Positions 24,995 to 35,978 of a DNA stretch of 64,000 bases are shown here, one piece after another (the first letter of the stretch is position 1; the number at the start of each line of letters is the position of its first letter). The notes beneath the pieces are model-generated. The model ran no database searches and was not told where the DNA came from. It saw nothing but the letters and a program-made list of their open reading frames with translations. The DNA is from Tubulanus polymorphus (taxonomy: Eukaryota > Animalia > Nemertea). The stretch is from positions 1 through 64,000 of the forward strand of contig NW_027437438.1 of NCBI RefSeq assembly GCF_964204645.1, given 5' to 3'. The position numbers and the translations under genes were made by a program.

Positions 24995-25348
24995 TTATTC
25001 GAAATCTATTTCATGGTGCCCCTTTTCATTCTTACTTTTGTATACGAAATAGAAATCACCAGAACATAATTCTTCTAGGTCTTCACTTGATAATCTATGA
25101 AATCTATCTGGTAAATATGTTCTGAATTTATGTGTATTTCCTTTTAATCCTTCATATTCTAAGTGTATAACTAATTGATCTCCATAGTTATTAGTAACTG
25201 TATCAATATTTGTAATTAGATATTTCTTATGAATTGTTAATTCTGTTAACTTTTTGAATTTATAATCTACAGATTTTACATTTGTAGTATCTTTTATTCT
25301 ATCTAGAAATAATTAGTTTTTCTCACTGTGCGTCTGTTTACTCTCCAT
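24995..25348 (-). pseudogene. Small putative OB-fold ssDNA-binding protein with one in-frame stop; not in the ORF track
   Basis: 118 codons, TAAATG start, TAA at codon 12; FKKLTEL...YLITNIDTVTNNYGDQLVIHL...FRTYLPDRF; immediately downstream of pPolB. Confidence 0.5.
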
Positions 25349-25377
25349 TTATAATACATATTTTTATTAAAATTTGA

Positions 25378-28300
25378 TTAACACGTTAGAATTCTTTTCA
25401 TTATCTCGTTCTCTTTTGTTTCTTCTCTTTTAAATTTTAAGTATTCATCTAAATTACAACCATAAGCAACTGTATGAATTCCATCATCTAAAATATATCT
25501 TTTATCATCAAATGGGTTTAGACTTATCTTTTCAATTTCTTCAATAAATATTTCATGATCTTCAGATCTTAAACATCTCATCTTATGTTTTCTAACTTCT
25601 TCATTGAATATACAATTGATGTAATCTTTGAAATGAATATTCTTTTCTACTACACTTTTGGTTATTCCTTTTAACTTTTTAGTTTCATGAGTTTTAGTTT
25701 AATATGAATACAATTTAGATCTAATACCTATGAACTCTATCATTTCTTCACCACCTAATTCATCTTTGAATTTACCGGGAACTTTTTTATTATCATTGCT
25801 AAACAATTCATGATCTTTAGGATAGTTACTGAAATCAAAATGATGTTTTAATGTTTTTAAATCATCAGTTATGTTATCAGTTTTTATCTTTAATATGTAA
25901 GAATCGGTATCAAAATATAATATTTCTATATGTTTTTCTTCAAAAAGTGGTTGTAATACATTATAATAGAATTCATACATTAGTAATTTTGATAATTCTA
26001 AAACTGAAGCGCCAACATAGATTGGTTTATTAAATTTCATAGAAGTTCTCCTCATTTTAACTGCGGCTAAATTTTCATCAAATATTCTGTTACCTAAGAA
26101 CTTAGGATATGATTGTAAATGCCTTATCCTTTTACCATTACTAACTAACTCAATATCATTTCTATTTCTAATATTTTCACAAGTCTTACCATAGAATGCA
26201 TTATTCATTAACTTGAAGAAATCTTTTTCGAAATCAGTTTTAGCTTTAGTTCTCTGTTTGGTGTTGAAATCTATATATTTTTCTAACCACTTAGATTGAC
26301 TAAATGAAATATATCTATGTACTTTTTTTAGAATCATTCCTTGATTCAGATAAAACTTTAACATTCTATAATGTACTACATAATTATATTTATCTTCTTA
26401 AGTTACCATTAACTTTTCTGTATGAATATGATTTTCGGGTTTAATTCTTTTTTGGTAATTTGATAATTCTTCATGAGTTACAGTTTTATGTTCGGGACAG
26501 TAAGCTAGATTTCTAGATTTAAATTTAATATGTTCAGGATATTCCAAGTCTACAACAAAGAAGTAACCAGTATCTGAATCATCTGCAATATCTAGGATTC
26601 TTTTCTTCCAATCAAATTTATCATTATTTTCATTCTGTAAAACTTCACTTATTTCAAATACTCCATAAGGTTGTGGTTCCATCATTGCCCAACCATACAA
26701 ATTATTTGCATCTATATATAATAACTTATATCCAGGGTTATCATTTGCATTGAAATATCTATCCCCTAATACACCTGAAACTCCTCCTCTTATAGATTAT
26801 TCAAATAATAGTAATTGATCTATATCTGTTAACAAATCCATTTTTATATCTGTAAATCTTAATCCACAATCCCATGTTAAACCTGGACTTGAATAACAAT
26901 GACAAGGATCAATGTTAAAATATTTTAGGTTTACATCTCTAAACCTTTCGAATATATCAGTTAACAATAATACATCTGATTCTAAATATAAATCTACTAA
27001 TTGTCCATGATTTTCTATTTTGAAATGATTCCAAATATTCAATGTTCTATTATATACTTCATCTTTAACATATTCATTTTTAAATTCATCATAAAATTGT
27101 TCTTTCGATAATTCAGTAATGTTAAAATCATTATGATTTTCATAGAAAGAATATGGAATTGCTCCTTTATATCTCATTAATTGAAAATCATCATTATTTG
27201 GGTAATATTCTTTTAATATCTTTAATTCATCATCAACTAATGATTTTGATAAGTTATCTAATGAACTATTTAAAAATCTATATGAATCTATAAATCTTAG
27301 GCAACCAAATTGGAATTATATATAATTCTCAGATGTTTTAGCTAACATTCTAAATTTATAAGTTGGTATTTTATCTTTTGATCTATTTGAATTTAATCTT
27401 TCTATTTCATTATTGATTTCTTCTATTTTATGACAAAACTGTTTGATGAATAAATGTGCATCATATCCTGATAGATTATGAAATATAACTGGTACAAAAT
27501 TAATTTTCTTAGCTTGTAAGTTACAATTCTCATGTGCAGCGCCTCTAAACTTTCCATTCAAATGATCATGGTCTCTTACTTTTTTATCTTTATAATTAAA
27601 TATCTTTTCACAATAATAACATTTATCTGCAAACGCAAATTCTTCTTTATCTTCTTCTGTCATTATAATTTCTTTATTTGTATTCAATAATTTACTAAAT
27701 CTTATTTCATATTCAATTAATAAGTCACAAAAATGATTGATAACATTTTCATTTCTGTAATTATAATATTCACTTTCAATTAGTTCTGGATAATCAGATT
27801 TTATATATAACCCGAAGGCTGCAGCTGATTGATGAATCTTTTTAATAGTATTTGTTTTTGGTGGTTCATCTGAAAAATCATTTTCATTAGAATTTAATTT
27901 CTTTCTTTTATAATATATTTCTTTTCTATCTTGATCAGTTAGTTCTTTATTTAATGATTCAAAATCTCCATATATAACAAATGGAACTTTATTTTTGTAA
28001 TCATATTTTTTGAATTCTAATATTTTATCTTTTTCATTTGGTAAAACTTATTTACAATAATCATGATTTTCACATAATTGTTTATGATTTAATAATGTAC
28101 TTTCATTACTGAATCTATGTAAACATTTTCTACAAAGATATATTTGATTATGGTGATCACTTTCTGTTCTAAAGAATAAATCTATTTGTTTAATCTACAT
28201 ATAATGATTCTCATAATATAATATATCTATAACATCGTTTGAATCATAATCTTTTGATAGATATAAAGGTTCTAATGTATAATGTTTTATATTGTTACCT

Positions 28301-29418
28301 TTTGTATTTGGTAATTTGATTAAATCAAATACATTTATTCTTAAATTAATATCTCTTTCTATTTTTGGGATGTTTTTAATTCTAACAGGATACTTATCTA
28401 TCTTATAATTATTTTCAAATGGTTTATAATGAGTTAATCTAAAACTATGTGTAATATCTTCTGTTGGATGTAAGCAACTTATAATTGTCCATAGAAAACA
28501 TTTATCATCAAAATTTTGTACATTTATAACAGCATTAGTTTTAAATGGTAGTTTAATATAACTCGATGCTTCAATATCTGGTTCTTTATAATATGATACA
28601 TTATTTTCATCAATTGGTTTTGATTTAGTTAACTTATTATATTTTGTGTCATAAACATGTAAAGTCATGAATATTATTTCATCAAATATTAAACCAGACC
28701 CTTCAAAATATTTCTCTTCTATTTTAGTTTTTACTTCATTATAACATTTATCTAATTTATCATCTATATGTTGTTTAGATATAATATGTTGTGAATGAGA
28801 ATTTATATTATATATTGGTTTATCTTCAGATTTTATGAATTTAACTTTAGAAGATATACTAATTTTAGGGTATTCAACATCAGTTATTATTTTTATTATT
28901 TCTTTCATATTTTCTAAATGTTTTTTATTTTCTTCTAATGTTTTTCCTTTATGAAACTTAAACTCGATAGCTGCTGGACCAATATCACTTTTAAATGCTT
29001 CGGTTATTTCTATATCTTTTTTATTATCTAATGAATTAATATAATTTCTTACATCTTCCATGTATGGTCTTTTATTGTTTAATTTATTTCTTATTCTTTT
29101 AATTGTCTTATGTTTCTTATCATTATCATTATCAAAATAATCTTCACCTAAAATATCATTATTCATATTTCTAATATGACTTTTAGATTTTAAATGTTCT
29201 TTATAATATCTTTTATCACTGAATGATTGATTACATGTATCACATTTGTATGTTTCTTTTTCATTCTTTAATTCCTCTAATTTAGTTTCTAAAATATCAT
29301 CTTTATATTCTAGTTTCAATTTATTCTCTAAATGTGTTTTAGTTTTATTGTGTCTTGCTTTTTGGGATTTATCTATATTGATATTACATGTTGGACAGTA
29401 GTACTTATTTGCTTCCAT
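25378..29418 (-). pseudogene. Protein-primed family B DNA polymerase (pPolB) with N-terminal zinc fingers and an EndoVII/HNH insertion
   Basis: One 1347-codon frame with six internal stops (28195, ~28048, 27316, 26797, 26398, 25699). ExoI YGDFES, RDHDHLNGKFRGAAHENCN, ExoII FHNLSGYD, ExoIII YLESDV, IRGG, YIDANNLYG, KLMNNAFYGK, YFDTDS, KLYSY. Confidence 0.95.
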
Positions 29419-29467
29419 TTTAATACTAAATTTTTTATTAAAATTGATTTTAGAAGTTCAATGATTT

Positions 29468-29907
29468 ATATGTTATTCATATATGTGAATATTTTAAGAG
29501 TAATAGGGGTAATAGGCTTTCGGGTTAAAGGTTGAATGGTCGAGTTCATTAATAACATATATTAAAAGTAATTAAAAAACTATAATATATTTTCATAACC
29601 GTGTGTATTTCAGTTGAACAATAGAATAATTATTATCATTTGAATATATTTGATTATATGAATTTGTGTATTGTAATTAAATCAATTGGTCGCGGAGCGG
29701 AGCGGTAGCGAAGTGGAGCGACCAATTGATTTAATACAATATGCTTTTTATATTATTGATATCTTAGAATAAATATTTAGTTTTAATATAAAATACACAC
29801 GGTTATGAAAATATATTATAGTTTTTTAATTACTTTTAATATTTTGTTTTTTAATGAGCTCGACCTTTCGACCTTTGATCTGAAAGCCTATTACCCCTAT
29901 TACTACT
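29468..29907. repeat. Right TIR; 29499-29904 is a ~400-bp fold-back palindrome with a GC-rich centre
   Basis: agtaataggggtaataggctttc...gaaagcctattacccctattact(act). Inner arms aaaagtaattaaaaaactataatatattttcataaccgtgtgtattt and its complement; centre caattggtcgc...gcgaccaattg. Confidence 0.9.
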
Positions 29908-30007
29908 GTGATAGGTCGAGAGACAGTTCAGTACTTCATGGTTCATGATTATGGCAAGTACACTTTGTTGAATTTGTATTGCAGGTAAATGCTCGTCACG
30001 ACATGCA

Positions 30008-30166
30008 GTTGTATATTATTATAAAATTTAGGTAATTCATTCCAATTTAGTGTTTTTAAATCTGTATTTGTTGTTATTTTACCAAATTCTTTAGTATATA
30101 ATATTCCTAATCCACCCATTGTACCAATTTTTGCTCTAAAATCATTATTTGAATTAATATTAAATT
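30008..30166 (-). pseudogene. Third Polinton fragment (WQNQLN-family gene), left part; continues at 33359-33507
   Basis: FNINSNNDFRAKIGTMGGLGILYTKEFGK; resumes collinearly (ELECPLPGSKYF) beyond the Penelope element. Confidence 0.85.
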
Positions 30167-30233
30167 TCCGAATAACCATAGAAGCGATAACATTAAAAAC
30201 CTCATTTTCTAATGAGTAAATACAGTTTATTAA

Positions 30234-30270
30234 CACGAACGTTTTCGAGATCATATCCCCTCATCAGGTG
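30234..30270 (-). ncRNA. Minimal type I hammerhead ribozyme (3' pseudo-LTR)
   Basis: Same motif; one C>U change converts a stem II G-C pair to G-U. Confidence 0.8.
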
Positions 30271-30383
30271 AAATACAAGTGAATCAAATGATTAAACTAC
30301 AGGTTTATATACAACATAAGTTACAAAATTACAAGTGCTAAATTCTAAGCTAATTACCAACCAAGTATTTAATAACAAACTAA

Positions 30384-32846
30384 TTATTTGAATACATTTA
30401 GGATAAAGGATGAGCCGTTTTGAAATAATTGTTGATTTAAAGAGGGTCGTTGCGCTTTAATAAACAGGGCCTCCCTAATTTTACAGTCGAGATCAGATGA
30501 ACCTTTGTCTAGAATTTTGAATTTGTTGTTACTGAATTCCTGATCACAAGTGTGACAAATTGCGAGATGTTGTCCAATCGCAGAAGTCTTTGATCTGTGT
30601 TCCTTAATCCTGATGGCCAAATGTCGTTTAGTTTTCCCAATATAGGAAGTGTTTATATCACATAAACAATTAAATTTATATATGACTTTAGCCTTCAGCG
30701 ATTTAGGGGTAGCACATTTCAAAGAGAAAAAATTCTTAATTTTAGTCGTAGTGAATGCACATTTCAAGTTGATTTCAAAATTCCTTTTAAATAGATATTT
30801 TAATTTTCGGGCAAATAGGATTGACGGGTTACCAATATACGGTAATGAAATGAATAGATCAATTCCATCTTCAACAGGTTTCGGTTGAGGTTCTGAGTTC
30901 TGTTTTGATTTCAAAAATCTATTAATACATTGATCGATGACATGAATAGGAAACGCATTAGATTTAAACAGATTTTTCAAGAAATTGATTTCTTCTGAAA
31001 AGATGGTCCAATCACTGCAAATATTGTAGGCACGAAAAAGCATGGTATTGATGAGTCCTATTTTCCATTTATACGGACACATGGCGTTGAAGTTCAAAAG
31101 TAGGCCTGTGTTGGAAGCTTTCCTGTACACTCGAGATATAAAGTCACTACCGGTTTCTAACGGAATTTGTATTTCGGTATCGAGAAAAGGTAATAGATTA
31201 GGACCTAGTTCAAAAGTGAATTTAAGGTTAGAATGGAGGCGATTCAATTCTTCAAAAAATAGTCTATAACTGGATACATTTCGAAATATGCCGAAAATAT
31301 CGTCCACGTATCTCAGGTATAATGTCGGTTTGTAATTAGTTTTGGAGAGGAGCAAGTTTTCAAAATGGGCAAGACAAAAGTTCGCTAAGGTTGGGCCTAA
31401 GGGGCTGCCCATGGTGACCCCATCAACTTGCTTGAAAATACGATCATTGTACATAAACAAACCCGAAGTTGCGATTTTAAGTAATTCTTTGAATGTAGCC
31501 TGATCATATGTAGGTTTAGAGTCGGAAGCATATATATAATCGGAAACTATATCAATGGTTTCTTTCAATGGAACATTAGTGAAAAGTGACTCTACATCAA
31601 AACTTATTAGAATATCAGAAGGTTTAAAAACGAATTGTTTCAGTTTTTTAAGGAACTCCCAAGTGCTATTTAACATGAATTTAGACGGTATATGTGGTTT
31701 AATGATTTTATCGAGATATTTGGCCAGGTTATATTCAGCAGTGTCGATCATTGATACAACGGGTCGAAATGGAAAGTTATCTTTATGCACTTTGCACAAA
31801 CCATATAATTTACCAGGTTGGCTACCGCTTGGGTAGATAGAATCAAATATTTCTGAACTTACATACTGTTTCACATGTTTTCTCAGAAATCCGCAGATTT
31901 TGGTTTCATTAGATATGACAGGGTGATTCTTTCTCACATTTTTGATTTCAGTAAATTTACTTTTATCAAATACAATTTTATCTAATTTATCGAAATATTC
32001 GTTAGAGTCCAAAATAACAATGCCGTTGCCTTTGTCAAATGAGCAGATCTTAATGTCCTAGTTTTTTCGAAGTTTTTCAATCGTACGGTAGAAACGTCGG
32101 TTCCAGGTCGAGCCACATACTGATTTAGCGCTGTTGATAAATGAGATGGTCGCATGTCTAATACTTTCAAGGAAAGAGTTATTCACATTCGGTTCGCCGC
32201 CAGATATAGTCCTATTTTTGTGGTAAACAGTTTTTTCAATACGTGATTTAAGGTCGATTTCGTTGATATTTTTCGGAAGAATGTGATGCTTTAAGCCGTA
32301 ACGTAGTATCTCAGTTTCTTCTAGGGATAGTTGATAATTTGATCTATTGATTAAGCAATCCGGTGCTGGGTGACGCTGATCTTTCCACAAGTTTAAAAGC
32401 TTGCGTTCATGACGTTGCTGTGTTTCCGAAGTTAGTTTCCTGCCTTTCTGGTTAAGTCTAGTGAGCCAAATGATTGTTTGAATCCAGGTCAATTTCTCGC
32501 ATAAATCGGATTTGATTTTCTTCAATTTACTGTTGGTTTTAGATAATTCGGTTTTAACATTTTCGATTTGATTCTTCAAGATTTCGAGTTTGAGATTATC
32601 ATTACTTGCATACGCTCTCAGTTTCGGAGGTTTGAATAATAAAAACTTCGGGCAGATTCGTAATTCCATGCATCTTTGAAAGTAAGATAAATCCAAGCGT
32701 AGTTTAGTCCATTTGAGATACAGTTTTTCACATTTGCGGAAGTCTTTGACGTACACATCTCTCTGTTTCGCACAGTAGAAATAGATCTTAGGAAGAGAGT
32801 TCAAATATCCGAATAACCATAGAAGCGATAACATTAAAAACCTCAT
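30384..32846 (-). pseudogene. PLE reverse transcriptase + GIY-YIG endonuclease; single ORF with one TAG at 32058
   Basis: The two track ORFs are in frame. DKG, YGLCKVHK, RPVVS, SFDVESLFT, GVTMGSPLG, RYVDD, PFLD, VIY...YIGKT.R.L..RIKEH. Confidence 0.95.
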
Positions 32847-32874
32847 TTTCTAATGAGTAAATACAGTTTATTAA

Positions 32875-32911
32875 CACGAACGTTTTCGGGATCATATCCC
32901 CTCATCAGGTG
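32875..32911 (-). ncRNA. Minimal type I hammerhead ribozyme (5' pseudo-LTR)
   Basis: Minus strand CAC-CUGAUGA-G-GGGAU-AUG-AUCCC-GAAA-ACGU-UC-GUG: conserved core, stem I, stem II and palindromic stem III. Confidence 0.85.
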
Positions 32912-33727
32912 AAATACAAGTGAATCAAATGATTAAACTACAGGTTTATATACAACATAAGTTACAAAATTACAAGTGCTAAATTCTAAGCTAATTACCA
33001 ACCAAGTATTTAATAACAAACTAATTATTTGAATACATTTAGGATAAAGGATGAGCCGTTTTGAAATAATTGTTGATTTAAAGAGGGTCGTTGCGCTTTA
33101 ATAAACAGGGCCTCCCTAATTTTACAGTCGAGATCAGATGAACCTTTGTCTAGAATTTTGAATTTGTTGTTACTGAATTCCTGATCACAAGTGTGACAAA
33201 TTGCGAGATGTTGTCCAATCGCAGAAGTCTTTGATCTGTGTTCCTTAATCCTGATGGCCAAATGTCGTTTAGTTTTCCCAATATAGGAAGTGTTTATATC
33301 ACATAAACAATTAAATTTATATATGACTTTAGCCTTCAGCGATTTAGGGGTAGCACATATATATTAAATTCATTACATAATATTAAATTCATTACATATT
33401 TATAAAACTTAGAAAAATCAATATTATTATTTAGTTCATTAAAATATTTTGAACCTGGTAAAGGACATTCTAATTCATTTAATATCAATTTTGTTTGAAA
33501 AAATGTTTTAATTATACAATGGAGCATTATTATCAGTGAGAACTGTTGGATATACAATGGTATTAAAAAAAGTATTCAAAATGGGAAGTGTTAATGTTGA
33601 TAGATTTGATATAAATGATATCTTAAAATTAACATCAGCAGTAACTTTATCTAATTTAACAATTGATTATTTAGCAAAACAGAAATATATTCCTCCTATA
33701 TAAATGCGTAATTTTTTTGCTAAATAA

Positions 33728-34150
33728 ATGGCTTCTGCAATTATAACTATTATAGGATCGGCAATTGTTAACGCTTTAGCATTTACAGGTGGTGGTTATT
33801 TATTTAAACATATTGATAAAAATATTTCAATAGCAGAACAGAAAAGGCATAATTCAGCGTTAGAAAAATTAAATAAAGCAGCCGAAGAATATAGAGAAAA
33901 GAGGCAAAACTATATGGATTATATCAACAAAGAATTATATAATCAGAAAATTACACATAGAGATTTTCAATCAGTCGATGAAGCTATGAGTTTATATAAT
34001 GCAGTAACAAATAAAGAAAAATTACATTTGTTCAAACCTAAATTATCATATTATTATACCCCAAGTAGTGAACAACAGAAATATGAAATAATTTGGATTT
34101 TAGGTGTAACTGTTATTGTATTATTTGTTGCATATGAATTTACTAATTAG
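33728..34150 (+). CDS. 140-aa Polinton membrane protein
   Basis: Open ORF, TAAATG start, hydrophobic N- and C-termini. Confidence 0.7.
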   Translation: MASAIITIIGSAIVNALAFTGGGYLFKHIDKNISIAEQKRHNSALEKLNKAAEEYREKRQNYMDYINKELYNQKITHRDFQSVDEAMSLYNAVTNKEKLHLFKPKLSYYYTPSSEQQKYEIIWILGVTVIVLFVAYEFTN

Positions 34151-34169
34151 TAATTTCTTTTCTAAATAA

Positions 34170-34604
34170 ATGGAGGATAAAGTTGATAATATTGATATTA
34201 TTCCTCATGATATAAATAAAACTAAATTAAAAATATATTTGGAAAAACAAATATTAGAATTTGAAAGTGACTTAAAGATAAAAAAGAAAATATATTTAAA
34301 ATCTAAAATTATATATTATTTTATTATTAGTGGATCGGTTACAATTAGTTCTGTAATAACATTTCTAGCATTATTCTCACCATTAACACCTTTAGCTATC
34401 TCAATTGGAGCTTTAGGTTTAAGTTCAAGTGTTTTAACCGGAATAAGTTCAAAATTGAATATTAAAAGTTATAATGAAAAAATTAAATCTAATATAAAAG
34501 AAATTATTAAATTAAAGAATACATTAGATTATATAATAAGTTTAAATGGTAATATAACAGTTGAAGAACAAGATAAATTATTAAAAGAATTAGTAAATTA
34601 TTAA
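34170..34604 (+). CDS. 144-aa two-TM coiled-coil protein
   Basis: Open ORF with TAAATG start. Confidence 0.7.
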   Translation: MEDKVDNIDIIPHDINKTKLKIYLEKQILEFESDLKIKKKIYLKSKIIYYFIISGSVTISSVITFLALFSPLTPLAISIGALGLSSSVLTGISSKLNIKSYNEKIKSNIKEIIKLKNTLDYIISLNGNITVEEQDKLLKELVNY

Positions 34605-34619
34605 TTTTTTATTATGTAA

Positions 34620-35978
34620 ATGGAAGATAGTTTTCCAATAGCTTTTCAATATAATAAATCAATTAAATATAATATTCCTGCAATAGATTTTAATAAAGAT
34701 ATTTCATATAGAAATGAAGTTTTAAATTCATTAATTTATTTAGTTACTGAAACTAATAATTTTAATGCAAATATGGAAAATATATTCAATATTTACGTAA
34801 TCAATTTTAAAAATTTAAATGAGGCAAAACAAGGGTTATTAAAAACTAATATGAAGTATTGGCAGAACCAATTAAATTATGCAGTTTATTGCGCAACAAC
34901 AGGGTGTGGTATAAGTTGGAATGATCATTTGAATAAACCAAGTTTACCATTAATATTATAACTTTTTAGATTTCATACATATTTTCAAATAAAATTAATA
35001 TTAGATGAATTAGAATGCCCTTTACCAGGTTCAAAATATTTTAATGAACTAAATAATAATTTTAATTTGTCTAAGTTTTATGAAATATGTAATGAATTTA
35101 ATATTAATTCAAATAATGATTTTAGAGCAAAAATTGGTACAATGGGTGGATTAGGAATATTATATACTAAAGAATTTGGTAAAATAATAATAAATACAGA
35201 TATAAGAACACTAAATTGGAATGAATTACCAAAATATTATAATAATATACAACAACAAAACAATAATGGATGGATTAATTTGATTTTAGAAAATAGTGAA
35301 GCTGGAATACAGAGAATAAATCAATCAATTAGAACTTATTTGATTTGCATGTTAGGTGCACAAGTTGAAACAAGATCACCAATAGTTGGAAATGATAATA
35401 CTTCATTTGACCCGCAGAAACAATTTAAAGTTTTATTTGAAGATTCCATTCATAATGATAAAAACAGATCGATTCCAGAAAACATAGTCAGGTACCAAAA
35501 TTATTTAGATAAATCTCATGTAAGATTAAATTATTGTATAGGACCCAATTTATTAATCATTTCTGATGATTTAGTATAAAAGATGGGAAATATAATTGGT
35601 TATAATAATCTAATTAAAACTGCAACAATAGATAATAAGTTTGGATTAAATGATATAAATAAAAAGATTATCACTGCTCCAAAATTAATGGAAGGTGAAA
35701 AAATTAAAAAACATATTCAATCAACTGAAACTAAAACTAAGATTATCAAATTGAATAATGATTCTAAAATAAAAGATTACAATACATCAGAAAATATAAA
35801 AACTGATATTATTCAGCATGATATAATTAAAACTAATAATGATAATAAATCCTATGAAAATACTAAATTAGCTATAACTTGTATAGGAATTGTAATAGGA
35901 GGAATATTATATTTTAAATTTTGTTTTTTATTATATAAATGGATGAAGAAATTCCATTGGATGAAATGGATCCTTTAG
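34620..35978 (+). pseudogene. WQNQLN-family protein homolog, broken
   Basis: Three track ORFs collinear with 21441-22753. Confidence 0.8.

Larger units (their letters stand above)
8006..29907 (-). mobile_element. Polinton/Maverick (endogenous polintovirus) element 1, decayed; ~17.2 kb without its internal duplication
   Basis: pPolB, rve integrase, packaging ATPase and major/minor capsid genes between inverted termini AGTAATAGGG(A/G)TAATAGGCTTTC. Right end finishes ACTACT (AGTAGT on minus). Strongly AT-rich relative to the flanks. No 6-bp TSD visible. Confidence 0.95.
30167..33358 (-). mobile_element. Penelope-like retroelement (PLE) in partial tandem arrangement with pseudo-LTRs
   Basis: 551-bp direct repeats 30167-30717 and 32808-33358 (one mismatch seen); 3' tail re-enters the first ~13 codons of the ORF; flanked by ATATTAAATT on both sides. 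Confidence 0.95.

Noticed and set aside
25378-29418. Alternative genetic code explaining six in-frame TAA/TAG without frameshifts
   Set aside because: Contexts imply different residues (e.g. W in HYM*IK, S in NYI*F, K-like in SY*TK), genes end in TAA, and neighbouring genes have frameshifts. Ordinary decay is the simpler explanation.
7997-29913. 6-bp target site duplication for element 1
   Set aside because: Left flank (attcat or catgtc) does not match right flank (gtgata), and the left end lacks the first AGT, so the ends may be damaged or come from different insertions.
29949-30254. 101-aa ORF as a gene
   Set aside because: Chimera of PLE tail, Polinton fragment and host spacer.
33025-33261. 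Independent GIY-YIG gene
   Set aside because: It is the duplicated 3' end of the PLE ORF within the pseudo-LTR.
32808-33358. True LTRs of an LTR retrotransposon
   Set aside because: No TG..CA ends, PBS, gag or protease; the RT is PLE-type and the repeat contains coding sequence.
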